From positions 308,285 to 372,284 of the forward strand of contig CAVUQZ010000010.1 in assembly GCA_963743795.1 (NCBI GenBank): DNA of 64,000 bases, in the 5' to 3' direction. This stretch comes from an uncultured Chloroflexia bacterium. GTDB taxonomy: Bacteria > Chloroflexota > Limnocylindria > Limnocylindrales > CSP1-4. The notes below the pieces were generated by a model. The model did no database searches. It worked only from the letters and a program-made list of their open reading frames with translations, and had not been told where the DNA came from. The position numbers were made by a program, and so were the translations under genes. Below are positions 52,493-61,725 of this stretch, piece after piece; the first letter of the stretch is position 1, and every line of letters starts with the position of its first letter.

Positions 52493-53402
52493 ATCGCCTG
52501 CCCCGAAGCGCCGGCAGGGCAAGGCCCAGGCAGGCAACCACGAGAAGCGGATTGACCGGCGGCAGGGACAGTGTCGGATACGGGTACCAGTCCATGGGCA
52601 ACCCGGCGACCCGAAAGACGAGGAACAGCGCGGCCGTCGCCAGGGCGGACACCACAACTGCGGTCCCCCACCGGCTCCGAGTCGAGCTTGCGTAGCTGGT
52701 TCTCCGGCCGGCGCCGAAGGCACGGGCCTCCATCGCCTCCGCCAGCCGGACCGAATCCTCGATCGCGGTAAGAAGCGTCGGCACGAGGACTTCGTTCCAG
52801 GAGCGAAGGCCCCGGGGTCGCCAGCCGCGCATCCGCTGGGCGTCGCGGACCTCCGCGAAAGTGCGGCCGAAGCCGGAAACCAGATTGAGAGAGCTGGCCA
52901 CGGCTATGCCGGTCCGCTCCATGGATGCCGGCATCGCATCGATGACGTCGTGCGGCTCGAGGACGAGCGAGAGAGGTGCGACGGCCAGCAGCGCCGCAAC
53001 GAGGCCGAGCCCGATTGCCCCGCCGTAGGCCACCGACTCGACCGTCAGCGGTCCGCCCGCGAGAGGCAGCCAGTCCGGCAGCCGAACGATCACGTCCGCG
53101 CCGGTGTGGCTCGCCAGAAGGTTGATGAGGGCCGCGAACGCGGCCGCCAGGACGATCGCCCAGCCCAGCGGCCGCAGCCTCCGCCCTCGCGGCGCCCAAG
53201 TCAGCAGGACGTCGAGGGCGACCAGTGCCACCAATCCTCGGTAGACGGGGTTGCTGCTAACGAGAGCGACCGTCACGGCGGCGATCGACCAGACGAGCCA
53301 CACTCGTGGGCCGAGAGCGGCTCGAGACGCCGGAACGGGGGCGGCCGTCGGGGCGAGAGCGGGCCCGGCGCCTGGGGCGCCGGCAACGGACGGTCGGCTC
53401 AT
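52491..53402 (-). CDS. ECF transporter transmembrane (T) component, CbiQ/EcfT family
   Basis: Start MSRPSVAGAPG; ~300 aa; multiple TM helices with the Ala/Arg-rich coupling-helix region (...MRGWRPRGLRSWNEVLVPTLLTAIEDSVRLAEAMEARAFG). Confidence 0.7.
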   Translation of the reverse strand: MSRPSVAGAPGAGPALAPTAAPVPASRAALGPRVWLVWSIAAVTVALVSSNPVYRGLVALVALDVLLTWAPRGRRLRPLGWAIVLAAAFAALINLLASHTGADVIVRLPDWLPLAGGPLTVESVAYGGAIGLGLVAALLAVAPLSLVLEPHDVIDAMPASMERTGIAVASSLNLVSGFGRTFAEVRDAQRMRGWRPRGLRSWNEVLVPTLLTAIEDSVRLAEAMEARAFGAGRRTSYASSTRSRWGTAVVVSALATAALFLVFRVAGLPMDWYPYPTLSLPPVNPLLVVACLGLALPALRGRR

Positions 53403-54223
53403 TGACCGGCCCGCCGACCGGCAACCAGCCGCAGGATCGCCAGGCCGGCGAGCCCTCCACCGACGACCGCCGCGGCCAGCAAGCCCGGCTCCGGACCGGA
53501 TGGCGAAGGCGAGGGAGCTGGAGACCGCGCGGAACCAGGCGGGACGGCGGAGGCGGTGACTCCCTCGACGACGGCCGCTGGCGAAGGCGACGAGCTGATC
53601 AGATCGGGCACGGCCAAGTCGATCGCGCCAACCGTTGCGGTTGGGGTCGCGGATGGCGCCGGCCCTGTGACCGGCGGGGCAGGGGCCGAGACGCGGGCCG
53701 TGACCGTGGCCGTTGTCGCCGGCCGGGCCGTAGCGGCTGGCGATGCCGTCGCGACGCAGACGCCTGCCGGCGACGGCGGCGTCGCGGGAACACCGGACGA
53801 AGGCACGTACCGGAAACCCTCGGCGTCCCCGTCTCCCAGCGTGAGAGTCGAGATGCCCACGTTTGAGAGCTGCCATGCGCCTCCGGCTCGAGACACGAAG
53901 ACGGCCCAGTATCTGTCGCTGCCGGGGCAGCTCGAATACCTGGCCGGCTCTCCGTCCACGGCGCACACGGCGTCGCCGAAGCCGCCGAAGGTCTGGCCGG
54001 ACCAGGCGATGCCGGAGGCATTCAGGAGCTGTTCGCCGGAGACTTGGCCCGAGTCGAAGGAAACGCAGCGGGTCACCACCGAGCCGTCGCCGTGCTCCAC
54101 CACCACGGCGGCATGATTCGGGCCGGCCGCGGCACAGGGCGAAGAAGCGGGCGATCCAGGCGCGAGCGAAGCGAGCGCCGCCAGGAACGCGGCGAGAGCC
54201 AGGGCGGCCATCGGGCGGCTCAT
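53399..54223 (-). CDS. DUF4430 domain-containing secreted protein with Pro-rich linker and C-terminal TM anchor (transcobalamin-like B12-binding candidate)
   Basis: Signal peptide (MAALALAAFLAALASLA). DUF4430-like core (VVVEHGDGSVVTRCVSFDSGQVSGEQLLNASG...GDAVCAVDGEP...YWAVFVSRAGGAW). PS-rich linker; anchor LLAAAVVGGGLAGLAILRLVAGRR. Confidence 0.6.
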   Translation of the reverse strand: MSRPMAALALAAFLAALASLAPGSPASSPCAAAGPNHAAVVVEHGDGSVVTRCVSFDSGQVSGEQLLNASGIAWSGQTFGGFGDAVCAVDGEPARYSSCPGSDRYWAVFVSRAGGAWQLSNVGISTLTLGDGDAEGFRYVPSSGVPATPPSPAGVCVATASPAATARPATTATVTARVSAPAPPVTGPAPSATPTATVGAIDLAVPDLISSSPSPAAVVEGVTASAVPPGSARSPAPSPSPSGPEPGLLAAAVVGGGLAGLAILRLVAGRRAGQ

Positions 54224-55632
54224 CACCGTCTCCCCTGCCTCAGGATCAATGCCCATCCCCCGCCCGCCACTGCCAGGAGCGCGGCGAGAGCGGCCAGGCC
54301 ATACAGGACAGGGGCCGGCAACCCGCCTGTGGAGCCCGCGTCAGCGCCCGATGGGGATGGAGGGCCTCCGGGTACCGTCGCGCCGGCTACTGCCGAGGTC
54401 GGCGTCGGCGACGAGGTGAGAACCGCCGGAGGCGCCGCGGTCGCGGTCGAGCTCGGAGTCGGGAGGTTGGCAGTCTGGGCCGCCGGCGCCGCGGCACTGG
54501 GCTTCGGGGTGGCTCGGGCTATCGGTCGGGCAGTCGGTCGAGCCGTCGGCTTCGGGCTGGGCGTCGCCGTCGGCGTGGCACTAGGTGTCGCGATCTGACT
54601 CGGGCCGGCGCTGGCGCTCGCCGTCGGGGTTGCGGTCGGGCAGGCATCCATCGGCAGGCCACGCCCCACGGTCCAATGGACTGCCGCCGCGTAGGGGGTG
54701 CGAACCAGGGCTGCCGGCACCTGGCTCGTGGTGAAGGCGTTCTCCGCCATGCCCGGGTACGCATATCCGCCATCGGCGCCCTGCCCGGCGCGGAGGTGCG
54801 TCAGGACCGTATTCGTTCCCTGCGACCAGGCGGCCGCCTCCGGGTCCTGGCCGGCGGCGACGAGCGCCTGCAGGACGATCGAGTCGGAGTCCGGGTCGCT
54901 CGCCGGAGGTCCGAACGTCGACGAGTTCTGGTACGGGAACCCGCCGTCGGTCAGTTGCTGAGTGTGCAGGTAGGCCAGTGCCTTTGCGTCGGCCGAGTGG
55001 GATGCCGGCCGCGTCCAGGGCCATGAGCGCGATCGCGGTCGAGTTGGTGTCGCCCTGTCCGGCGGCCACCGGCGCGGTTCCGAAGCTCCAGCTCCCGTCC
55101 GAGTCCTGTAGAGCCTTGAGCTCCGTCACCGCATCCGCGGGCACGGCCTGCCCGGAGGCGACGAGGGCGAGAATCGCGAACGATTGGCTGAACGTGGCGC
55201 CGTCGCCGTACGCGCCGCCGGCGGAGTGGTAGAGCGCCGTCAATCGGGCCAGCAGGTTCCGGCCCGCGAAGCTCGACGGGTCGCCGCCTGCCGCGACCAC
55301 CGCCAGAACGGCTTTGCCGGTCGCGGCCGCGTCGGCTGCCGCGCCGTCGGAGGCCGTGGCAAGGAATTCCAGAGCGCCGGTCCCGCCGGTGCAGCCATGG
55401 AGGGTGGCCGGGTCATAGCCGGCGGCAGCCGTCCCGATCACGAAGTCCGCGGTCTCGCCGAGCGACCCGTCGATCGAGCCGTCGGCCCGCTGCGCGGCCA
55501 GCAGGTACTGGAGCGCGGCCGTGGCCCGTTGGGGATCGGTGGGTGGGGTTGCAGAAGCAGACGGCGCCGCCAGCACGAGCGGCAAGCTGAGGATGGTCGC
55601 CAGTATCGCGCTGGCGACGACCGGTCTTCGCA
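54223..55632 (-). CDS. Prenyltransferase/squalene-oxidase-repeat (terpenoid-cyclase-like alpha-alpha toroid) surface protein with PT-rich linker and C-terminal TM anchor; frameshift near nt 55010
   Basis: Signal peptide (MRRPVVASAILATILSLPLVLAAPSASA). Repeats (AALQYLLAAQRADGSIDG..., LKALQDSDGSWSF..., LAYLHTQQLTDGGFPYQ..., LTHLRAGQGADGGYAY). GGAGG RBS. First gene downstream of the cobalamin riboswitch. Confidence 0.65.
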
Positions 55633-55635
55633 TTG

Positions 55636-55880
55636 TTCCTCCGGCGGCCTTGCCCGCCTGCCGGAGGGACCTCGCCGCCGGAGGCCTCCCATCCGATCCG
55701 CGCAGGTGGGTGACTTGCGCCGTTCGGTCAGGTCTCCTGGCTTGCGGATCGTCGCCGGCTGGCCGCCTTCCCGGGCTCACGCCCAGTGGCATCTGGCCAG
55801 CCGCTCCTCGCTCACAGTTGCGCGACAGCGCCGGTTTCGCACCGGCTTCCCTGATATCGAGCGGCCCTATTCGATTTGCC
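55636..55880 (-). promoter_or_regulatory. Cobalamin (AdoCbl) riboswitch with an RBS-sequestering helix in its expression platform
   Basis: Minus-strand RNA reads ...GGGAAGCCGGUGCGAAACCGGCGCUGUCGCGCAACUGUGAGCG...GCAAGCCAGGAGACCUGACC... This matches the conserved GGGAAnCnGGUGnAAnUCCG..CCCGCnACUGU core and the B12 box (AGYCMGGAGACCKGCC; + strand 55725..55741). Downstream, CCUCCGGCGGC pairs perfectly with GCCGCCGGAGG, which contains the GGAGG RBS 5 nt before the ATG at 55632. Confidence 0.8.
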
Positions 55881-56040
55881 TGCTGAGGTTACCGCGCCGG
55901 GCGTTCGAGCGCCAGACGAACTCACCGGACACCGAGCGGGCCGGGCCGGCGGGCCCGAGGGGCCGGGGCTGGCTGAGCGAGGCGGGCGGCCGAACGGCCG
56001 GCCGCGGTATGGTGGAGCCCAAGTAAACAAGGAGGAATCA

Positions 56041-57042
56041 GTGGCGCCGGTTCGATTCGGGCTGTTCGTACCCCAGGGCTGGATCCTCGACCTGGTCGAC
56101 ATCAAGGACCCGATCGAGCAGTACGAGAGCGATGAGCCGGGTCGCCCAGACGGCCGAGCGGCTCGGCTTCGACTCGATCTGGCTGTTCGACCACTTCCAC
56201 ACGTACTTCAAGCCCGTGCTCGAGACGACCTTCGAATGCTGGACCTCGACGGCGGCACTCGCCCGCGACACGAGCCGCATCCGGCTCGGCCAGATGGTCA
56301 CCTGCAACAGCTACCGCAACCCGGCGCTGCTGGCCAAGATGGCCTCGACCGTGGACGTCCTCAGCCACGGCCGGCTCGACTTCGGAATCGGCGCGGGCTG
56401 GTACGAGCACGAGTACCTGGCCTACGGCTACGACTTCCCGCCGACCCCCGGCGACCGCCTGCGAATGCTCGGCGAGGCGCTGCAGGTCATCACGGCGATG
56501 TGGACCGAGCCGTACGCATCCTTCGAGGGCAGCCACTACCGCGTCTCCGGCGCGATCAACGAACCCAAGGGCGTCCAGAAGCCGCATCCGCCCATCTGGG
56601 TCGGCGGCAGCGGCGAGAAGGTCACGCTCAAGCTGGCGGCGAAGTACGGCGACGCCACGAACTTCGGCGGCCACCTCGACGACATGGGCTACTACACCCA
56701 CAAATACGACGTCGTCCGGGCCCATTGCGAGGCGATCGGGCGCGACCCCGACACCTTGATCCGGTCGACGAACGTCGAGACGACGCTCCTGCGCCCCGGC
56801 GACGATCCGGAGCTCCTGACGCGACGCTACCGCCGGGACGAGACGCTCGAGGAGTACCGGACGCACGCGGTGGTGGGCGAGCCCGCAGGAGGTCATCGAC
56901 ACCTACGGACGGCTGATCGACGCGGGCGTCGACTACATCGTCGTCTCCGACCTCCCGGGGCTGGCCCACCTCGAGGTCCTGGAGTATTTGGCCGCGGAGG
57001 TACTACCGGCCTTCCGCTACGCGCCGGAGGCGGCGATCTGAC
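56041..57042 (+). CDS. LLM-class (luciferase-like monooxygenase) F420-dependent oxidoreductase; two frame disruptions (~56130, ~56885)
   Basis: GTG start after AAGGAGG. N-terminus VAPVRFGLFVPQGW. Core LGFDSIWLFDHFH...VLSHGRLDFGIGAGW...HPPIWVGGSGEK. C-terminus ...QEVIDTYGRLIDAGVDYIVV in a third frame. Confidence 0.75.
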
Positions 57043-57050
57043 GCCGCGGG

Positions 57051-58307
57051 CTAGAGTGACGCCCGCAGGATCGAGGCGACCTCCTCGTCGCTGAGCACGA
57101 TCGGATTGGTCTTCATGCTGCTTCCGCGCGAGTCGGCGACGATCGCCGGGATGTCGGCCTCGGTGATGCCAAAGGCGGAGAGGTGCGGGACGGCGAGACG
57201 GGCACGCCAGTCGTCGAGGAGCGCGACGAGGGACGATCGCGCGTCGCCGTCGGTGGTCGCAGCGCCTCTGCCGGCGAGCACCCGCCCCGCCTCTGCGTAA
57301 CGGACCAGTGCCGCGCTCCCCGGGGCTCGCTGCTCCAGGGCGGCGATGTTGACCCTCGTCGTTGCCACGAGCGTCGCCCCGCAGGCCACGCCGTGCGGGA
57401 TCGGGAACTGGGCGCCGAGCGGTGAGGCCAGCCCATGGACGGCGCCCAGGCCGGCCTGGGCGAGGCATATGCCAGAGCACAGCGCCGCATAAGCCATCCG
57501 CGCGCGCGCCGCGGCCGCGACGCTGCCGGCTCCACCGCCTCCCCGGCCCGCGACCGCCTCCTCGTACCAGGCCGCCAGACCGTCGCGCGCCGCCGCCAGG
57601 CCGGAAAGCGCCAGCGCGTCGGTGAGCGGATTCGCCCGCGTCGACACGTACGACTCGAGCAGCTGGGTCAACGCATCCATGCCGTTGCTGGCGATCAACT
57701 CGGGCGGGCAGCTCGCCAGCAGGTCCGGATCCAGGATCGCGACCTGAGCGACGAGGGCATCGTCGCGGAAGGACCTCTTGAAGCCGCCGGGGCCACGGAC
57801 GCTCAGCACCGCGTTCCTGGTCGCCTCGCTGCCGGTCCCGGCGGTCGTCGGGACGGCGACGAACGGCACTGCCGGACCGCGGTAGGGCAGCCCCGGCCCG
57901 ATTCCTTCGAGATGGTCCATGACCGAGTTGCCCGGGATCAGGAGGCCGGCCACGGCCTTGGCGGTGTCCAGAACGCTGCCGCCGCCGATGCCTACGACGA
58001 CGTCGACCGAACCGCCGGCCCCTCGTATGCGGGCAACGATCTCGTCAACTAGCGCGGGTGAAGGCTCGCCCGCGACCGCCTCCACCTTCACATCCACGCC
58101 CGCCGACTCGAGCTCACCGCGGAGTCGCGCCCAGCCCGGGGAATCGGCGAAGTCCGGCCCGCGGACGACGACGAGCGCTCGGGACCCAAAGCTCTTTACG
58201 ACCGATGCCAGCTCGCGGGATCGGCCCGCGCCGAACAGGATCCTGGGCAGTCGCGCTATCGAGAAGGCGGACCGGACGCCCGGCTCGTCCGGCGCAGGTT
58301 CGGTCAT
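57051..58307 (-). CDS. Iron-containing (group III) alcohol dehydrogenase
   Basis: VVGIGGGSVLDTAKAV, AVPTTAGTGSE, metal-binding His region (LGAVHGLASPLGAQFPIPHGVACG); 418 aa intact. Confidence 0.85.
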   Translation of the reverse strand: MTEPAPDEPGVRSAFSIARLPRILFGAGRSRELASVVKSFGSRALVVVRGPDFADSPGWARLRGELESAGVDVKVEAVAGEPSPALVDEIVARIRGAGGSVDVVVGIGGGSVLDTAKAVAGLLIPGNSVMDHLEGIGPGLPYRGPAVPFVAVPTTAGTGSEATRNAVLSVRGPGGFKRSFRDDALVAQVAILDPDLLASCPPELIASNGMDALTQLLESYVSTRANPLTDALALSGLAAARDGLAAWYEEAVAGRGGGGAGSVAAAARARMAYAALCSGICLAQAGLGAVHGLASPLGAQFPIPHGVACGATLVATTRVNIAALEQRAPGSAALVRYAEAGRVLAGRGAATTDGDARSSLVALLDDWRARLAVPHLSAFGITEADIPAIVADSRGSSMKTNPIVLSDEEVASILRASL

Positions 58308-58316
58308 GACGGGCTC

Positions 58317-58616
58317 CTACTCGGTGACCGGGAAGAGGCCGTCGTAGCGGACGCCCTGGCGTGGCTCGACCATCCACTCGGCAACCACGTCCCGCCACGC
58401 CAGGTAATGTGCGGTCTCCTTGTGGGCCTTGGCCGAAGCCTCGTCGCGGTACGCCTCGTACGCGACGAACCGCGTCGGATCGTCGGCGGATTGCAGGATG
58501 TCGAAGCGCAGGTTGCCGGGTTCTCGGACGGACCCCTCGTGGTTGGCCCGGATCGCGTCGATGAAATCGGCCACACGCTCGGGTTTCACGTGGACGTAGA
58601 CGATCGTGACGTACAT
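58317..58616 (-). CDS. Antibiotic biosynthesis monooxygenase (ABM) domain protein
   Basis: 99 aa; MYVTIVYVHVKPERVADFIDAIRANHEGSVREPGNLRFDILQ...FVAYEAYRDEASAKAHKETAHY is the ferredoxin-like ABM/YgiN fold. Confidence 0.75.
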   Translation of the reverse strand: MYVTIVYVHVKPERVADFIDAIRANHEGSVREPGNLRFDILQSADDPTRFVAYEAYRDEASAKAHKETAHYLAWRDVVAEWMVEPRQGVRYDGLFPVTE

Positions 58617-58837
58617 GGTTCCTCCAGCCCGGTCGCGGACGGAGGGGTTGGAACCTCCGGCCGTCCGCGTGCCGCAGTCGTCGGTCGATTATGCGGCGCG
58701 GACGCACCACCTTCGCGGAATCTCCTCGCACTGTCCGTCTAGATTGTCCACAATGGCCGGGTCGGGCCGTCCCGAGCGAGTTCACCCGGCGCGCTGTCAC
58801 CAGCGCCTATGACACCGTCATGGGAGGGAGCTTTCCC

Positions 58838-59497
58838 GTGCGCCGCCTTCTTCTCTTCGTGCTGTCCACCGCAATCGTTCTGGCCGGATGCGGTCAGTCA
58901 AAGGCGTGGCCGTCCTTCCCATCCAAGGCGCCCAGCCAGGCCCCGGCCTCGGCCACAGCCACTCTGGCCGCGACACCGGCTCCAACCGAGGCCGCCCCAA
59001 CCGAGGCCGCCCCAACCAAGGCCGCCCCAACCGTGGCGCCAAGCCTCAGCGGGAGCGCCTTCTCACCCAGCGGCGGCGGCTTCACCGTCCTCATGCCGGG
59101 CGAGCCGAAGCTGACGACCCAGACCTATACCACCGCCGTCGGAGACGCGCCGGCGTCGCTCTGGACCTACGAGGTCAGCAACGATCTGGCCTACTTCGTG
59201 GTTCTGGCCAAGTACCCGAAGGGCTCGATGACCGGAGTGTCGGCGTCGCTGATCTTCGACGGCGCGCTCAACGGCATGGTCGCCTCCACCACAGGGGCGA
59301 GCATCGCAGCGAAGGCCGACACGACTCTCGGGGGTCACCCGGGCAAGACGTTCGTACTCAACATCCCCGGGGCTTCCATGAAAGGCGCGCTCTACATCGT
59401 CGGCGACAATCTCTACATGGTCTACGCCGCCTACACGACCGCGGCCGACATGACCCAGGTCGACGCTTTCCTGGCCTCGTTCACTTTCGTGATCTGA
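58838..59497 (+). CDS. Lipoprotein of unknown function with (A-P-T-E/K-A)x3 tandem repeat linker
   Basis: GTG start after GGGAGGG. Signal/lipobox (LLLFVLSTAIVLAGCG). Linker APTEAAPTEAAPTKAAPT. C-terminal globular domain. Confidence 0.55.
   Translation: MRRLLLFVLSTAIVLAGCGQSKAWPSFPSKAPSQAPASATATLAATPAPTEAAPTEAAPTKAAPTVAPSLSGSAFSPSGGGFTVLMPGEPKLTTQTYTTAVGDAPASLWTYEVSNDLAYFVVLAKYPKGSMTGVSASLIFDGALNGMVASTTGASIAAKADTTLGGHPGKTFVLNIPGASMKGALYIVGDNLYMVYAAYTTAADMTQVDAFLASFTFVI
58982..59040 (+). repeat. 15-bp tandem repeat (CCAACCGAGGCCGCC x3 plus partial) inside the lipoprotein gene
   Basis: Direct reading; encodes APTEA repeats; a potential slipped-strand length-variable tract. Confidence 0.6.
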
Positions 59498-59506
59498 CCG
59501 ATCGGA

Positions 59507-59526
59507 CACTCGCGGGCCCGCCCGCG
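59507..59526. terminator. Short GC hairpin between convergent genes (candidate terminator)
   Basis: CTCGCGGGcccgCCCGCGAG between the lipoprotein stop (59497) and the anti-sigma gene stop (59550). Confidence 0.35.
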
Positions 59527-59549
59527 AGGGAGCGCCGGAGCCCGGATCG

Positions 59550-61118
59550 CTAAGAGGCGAAGGGCACGAGAGGTGCGGGAGGCCCGTACCAGAGGACCTC
59601 CGACACGACAAGGAGGTCGGTCGTGCGACAGGGCCCGCCGGTGCATATGCCGAGAGCATGCGATCGATCGATCCGGACCACGATCGGCGATCCGATGACC
59701 GACTCCGGTATCGGGACCATCGTCCCCACGGCTACGCCGTCAATCGTCCAGTAGCCGCAAGCCGGTGGTTTCGCCAGGAGCGTGGTCGGCGGGGCGCAGC
59801 CAGCGTCGCGGCCTAGCCGCCCACCGAAGAAGAAAGAAGTCGAGGTCGGAAGGCTCGTGGCTCTGTAGACGGTCTGGCCGTTGTACGAGATGGGGACGCC
59901 GTCCGGGCCGAAGAACGTGGACAGCTCGCCGGAAGGACCGGCAGAGGGAGGGCTTATGGGACCGGCGGACTGTGAGCCGGTCGGCCCAACTCCCTGGCCC
60001 GTTCCCACCGGGCTCTGGCCCGGCATCGACGGTCCGGGCGATGCGGTCGAACCGGCCTTGATGAGCACGTCCGAGCGCCACACGATCGACTCGACGACGA
60101 TGGCTTGCCGGCACTGGGCGCTCACCTCGGTGGGACACTGCCCGCCCAGGGGATCGTTGATGTGCACGCGTGCCACGACGATCTCGTTCTTGGGCTCGTC
60201 CACGTTGCCGATCGGCGCGACCTGGAGGCCGTCGATGGCGTTCCAGTAGCAGTACGGGATCAGCTGCTGCTCGGCCTGCGTCTTGTCGAGCGGCATCGGG
60301 CAAGGAGGCACCACATCAGGCTTGGTGACCCGCCCGCCGAGCAGGAAGCTGCCCGAAGTCGGGAACGAGGCCTGATCCACGGCCCGGTACACGCGCTCGC
60401 CGTTGAGCTGGGTCGGCACCTCGGGCCAGACGACCGCCTCGATTACGATCGCGGACTGGCACTCCGACTTCACGTCGGGGCCGCACTGGGCGGCCTCAGG
60501 GTCGTGGGTGTGGACGCGCATAACGATTGCCGGCCCATCCAGCCAACCGCCGAGGCGATCCCGCCCCCGGGGTGCCAGCGAGAACCAGAAGTCGGTGTTG
60601 CCGGTTGCGTGTGGAACCAGCTCGACCGAGCCGCACTCCGGCATCAGGTCCGCCTCGGCTGAAGACAGAGGCTGAATGGTCATCGCGGGCGCACATGGAA
60701 TCGGCTCGTCGACCGCGTAGGCGCCCAGCAGGAAGCTCCCGGTCAGGTTCTTCCAGTCCGCCTGCCACGAGAGCCGGTAAACCTTCTGGCCGTCGATCTC
60801 CGTCGGGATGCCGTCAGCGCCACGCGCCACCGGCGAGTTCTGCGGGCCCGCGATCTGCCCGGGCCGCAAGGCTAGACCCACACCGACCAGCCCCACCACT
60901 GCCAGAACGCCCACGGCAACCGCCGCCGACGCCAACCGCGGCCATCTGGTTCGCGCCAGAGCCCGCCCGCCTGCGGGTGCAGACGTGCGTCTCGAGATGC
61001 TCAGGTTCGGGTAGTCACGCTGCGCCTGCGCCAGCTCCGACTCGAAGCGGCGCGTCAGTCGCTCATTCAGCATGTCGTCGGCGTCGTCGCCCGCGCCGCC
61101 ACGCGTCTCATTCGTCAT
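59550..61118 (-). CDS. Putative anti-sigma factor: short cytoplasmic N-terminus, single TM helix, extracytoplasmic region with three tandem ~100-aa Cys-containing repeats
   Basis: Start overlaps the sigma gene 3' end. N-terminus MTNETRGGAGDDADDMLNERLTRRFESELAQAQRDY. TM LASAAVAVGVLAVVGLVGVGLAL. Repeats begin IDGQKVYRLSWQ..., LNGERVYRAVDQ..., YNGQTVYRATSL... Each has a FLLG/FFGG segment, paired Cys, and a V(V/M)R(V/I)(H/D) strand followed by C...C and a (V/L)W end. Confidence 0.55.
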   Translation of the reverse strand: MTNETRGGAGDDADDMLNERLTRRFESELAQAQRDYPNLSISRRTSAPAGGRALARTRWPRLASAAVAVGVLAVVGLVGVGLALRPGQIAGPQNSPVARGADGIPTEIDGQKVYRLSWQADWKNLTGSFLLGAYAVDEPIPCAPAMTIQPLSSAEADLMPECGSVELVPHATGNTDFWFSLAPRGRDRLGGWLDGPAIVMRVHTHDPEAAQCGPDVKSECQSAIVIEAVVWPEVPTQLNGERVYRAVDQASFPTSGSFLLGGRVTKPDVVPPCPMPLDKTQAEQQLIPYCYWNAIDGLQVAPIGNVDEPKNEIVVARVHINDPLGGQCPTEVSAQCRQAIVVESIVWRSDVLIKAGSTASPGPSMPGQSPVGTGQGVGPTGSQSAGPISPPSAGPSGELSTFFGPDGVPISYNGQTVYRATSLPTSTSFFFGGRLGRDAGCAPPTTLLAKPPACGYWTIDGVAVGTMVPIPESVIGSPIVVRIDRSHALGICTGGPCRTTDLLVVSEVLWYGPPAPLVPFAS

Positions 61119-61654
61119 CGAAGCACTCCCGGAGTCGCGCCAGGCCGGTCTTGAGCCGTGCCTTCGCGGTGTTCTCCGTCACGCCCAGCGCATCCGCCGT
61201 TTCGCGGACGGAGAGTCCGACCATGTGGTGGAGGACCACCGCGGCCCGGATCGGTCGCGACAGCTTGGCCAGCGCTTCGTCCAGCTCGATCGATTCCGAC
61301 ACGTCCGGGCCGCCGACCGGCAGCTCGTGAATCGTCGGGTCGAGATGAAGCGTTCGGCGCAGCCGTCGGACGACCCGCAGCGCTTCGCGCGTTTCGACGG
61401 TCAGCAGCCAGGCCCGAATGGCCCGGGGGTCCCGAATCGTCGGCGCCGCGCGGAGCGCCCGCTCGAAGGTCGTCTGGACCAGGTCCTCGGCCTCGGCCTC
61501 GTCCCGGGTAATCGCCCGGGCCGCGGCCAGCAGCAGGGGTCCGTGGTCGTGCAGCGTGGCGACCCAATGGGGGCGGGCCGCCAGCGCCGGAGTGAGAGGC
61601 TGGATCGCCTCTGGTACGGTCGTCCTTGTCGAGCGTTGCCGTGATGACCCTCAC
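61108..61654 (-). CDS. ECF (group IV) RNA polymerase sigma factor; N-terminal ~20 codons unresolved (no in-frame start; possible frameshift near nt 61620)
   Basis: Region 2 (RDEAEAEDLVQTTFERALRA) and region 4 HTH (LDEALAKLSRPIRAAVVLHHMVGLSVRETADALGVTENTAKARLKTGLARLRE), all in one frame from ~61600 to the stop at 61108. Confidence 0.7.
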
Positions 61655-61725
61655 ATCACTTAAGAGGCATCGGCCGGCGCAAACGGGTAATTCGTATGGT
61701 CGAGTGTAACGGCCCGAAGCCGCGG

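Noticed and set aside
51118-53199. 693-aa minus-strand ORF
   Set aside because: A composite read-through. Only its central part (first ABC domain of EcfA) is real. Its upstream part is out-of-frame overlap with the EcfT gene. Its downstream part is the shifted frame of the second ABC domain.
50308-53402. Expectation of a TPP riboswitch for a YkoEDC-like ECF transporter
   Set aside because: The ECF genes are internal to a longer operon whose only leader is the cobalamin riboswitch at 55636..55880. No THI-box-like element was seen.
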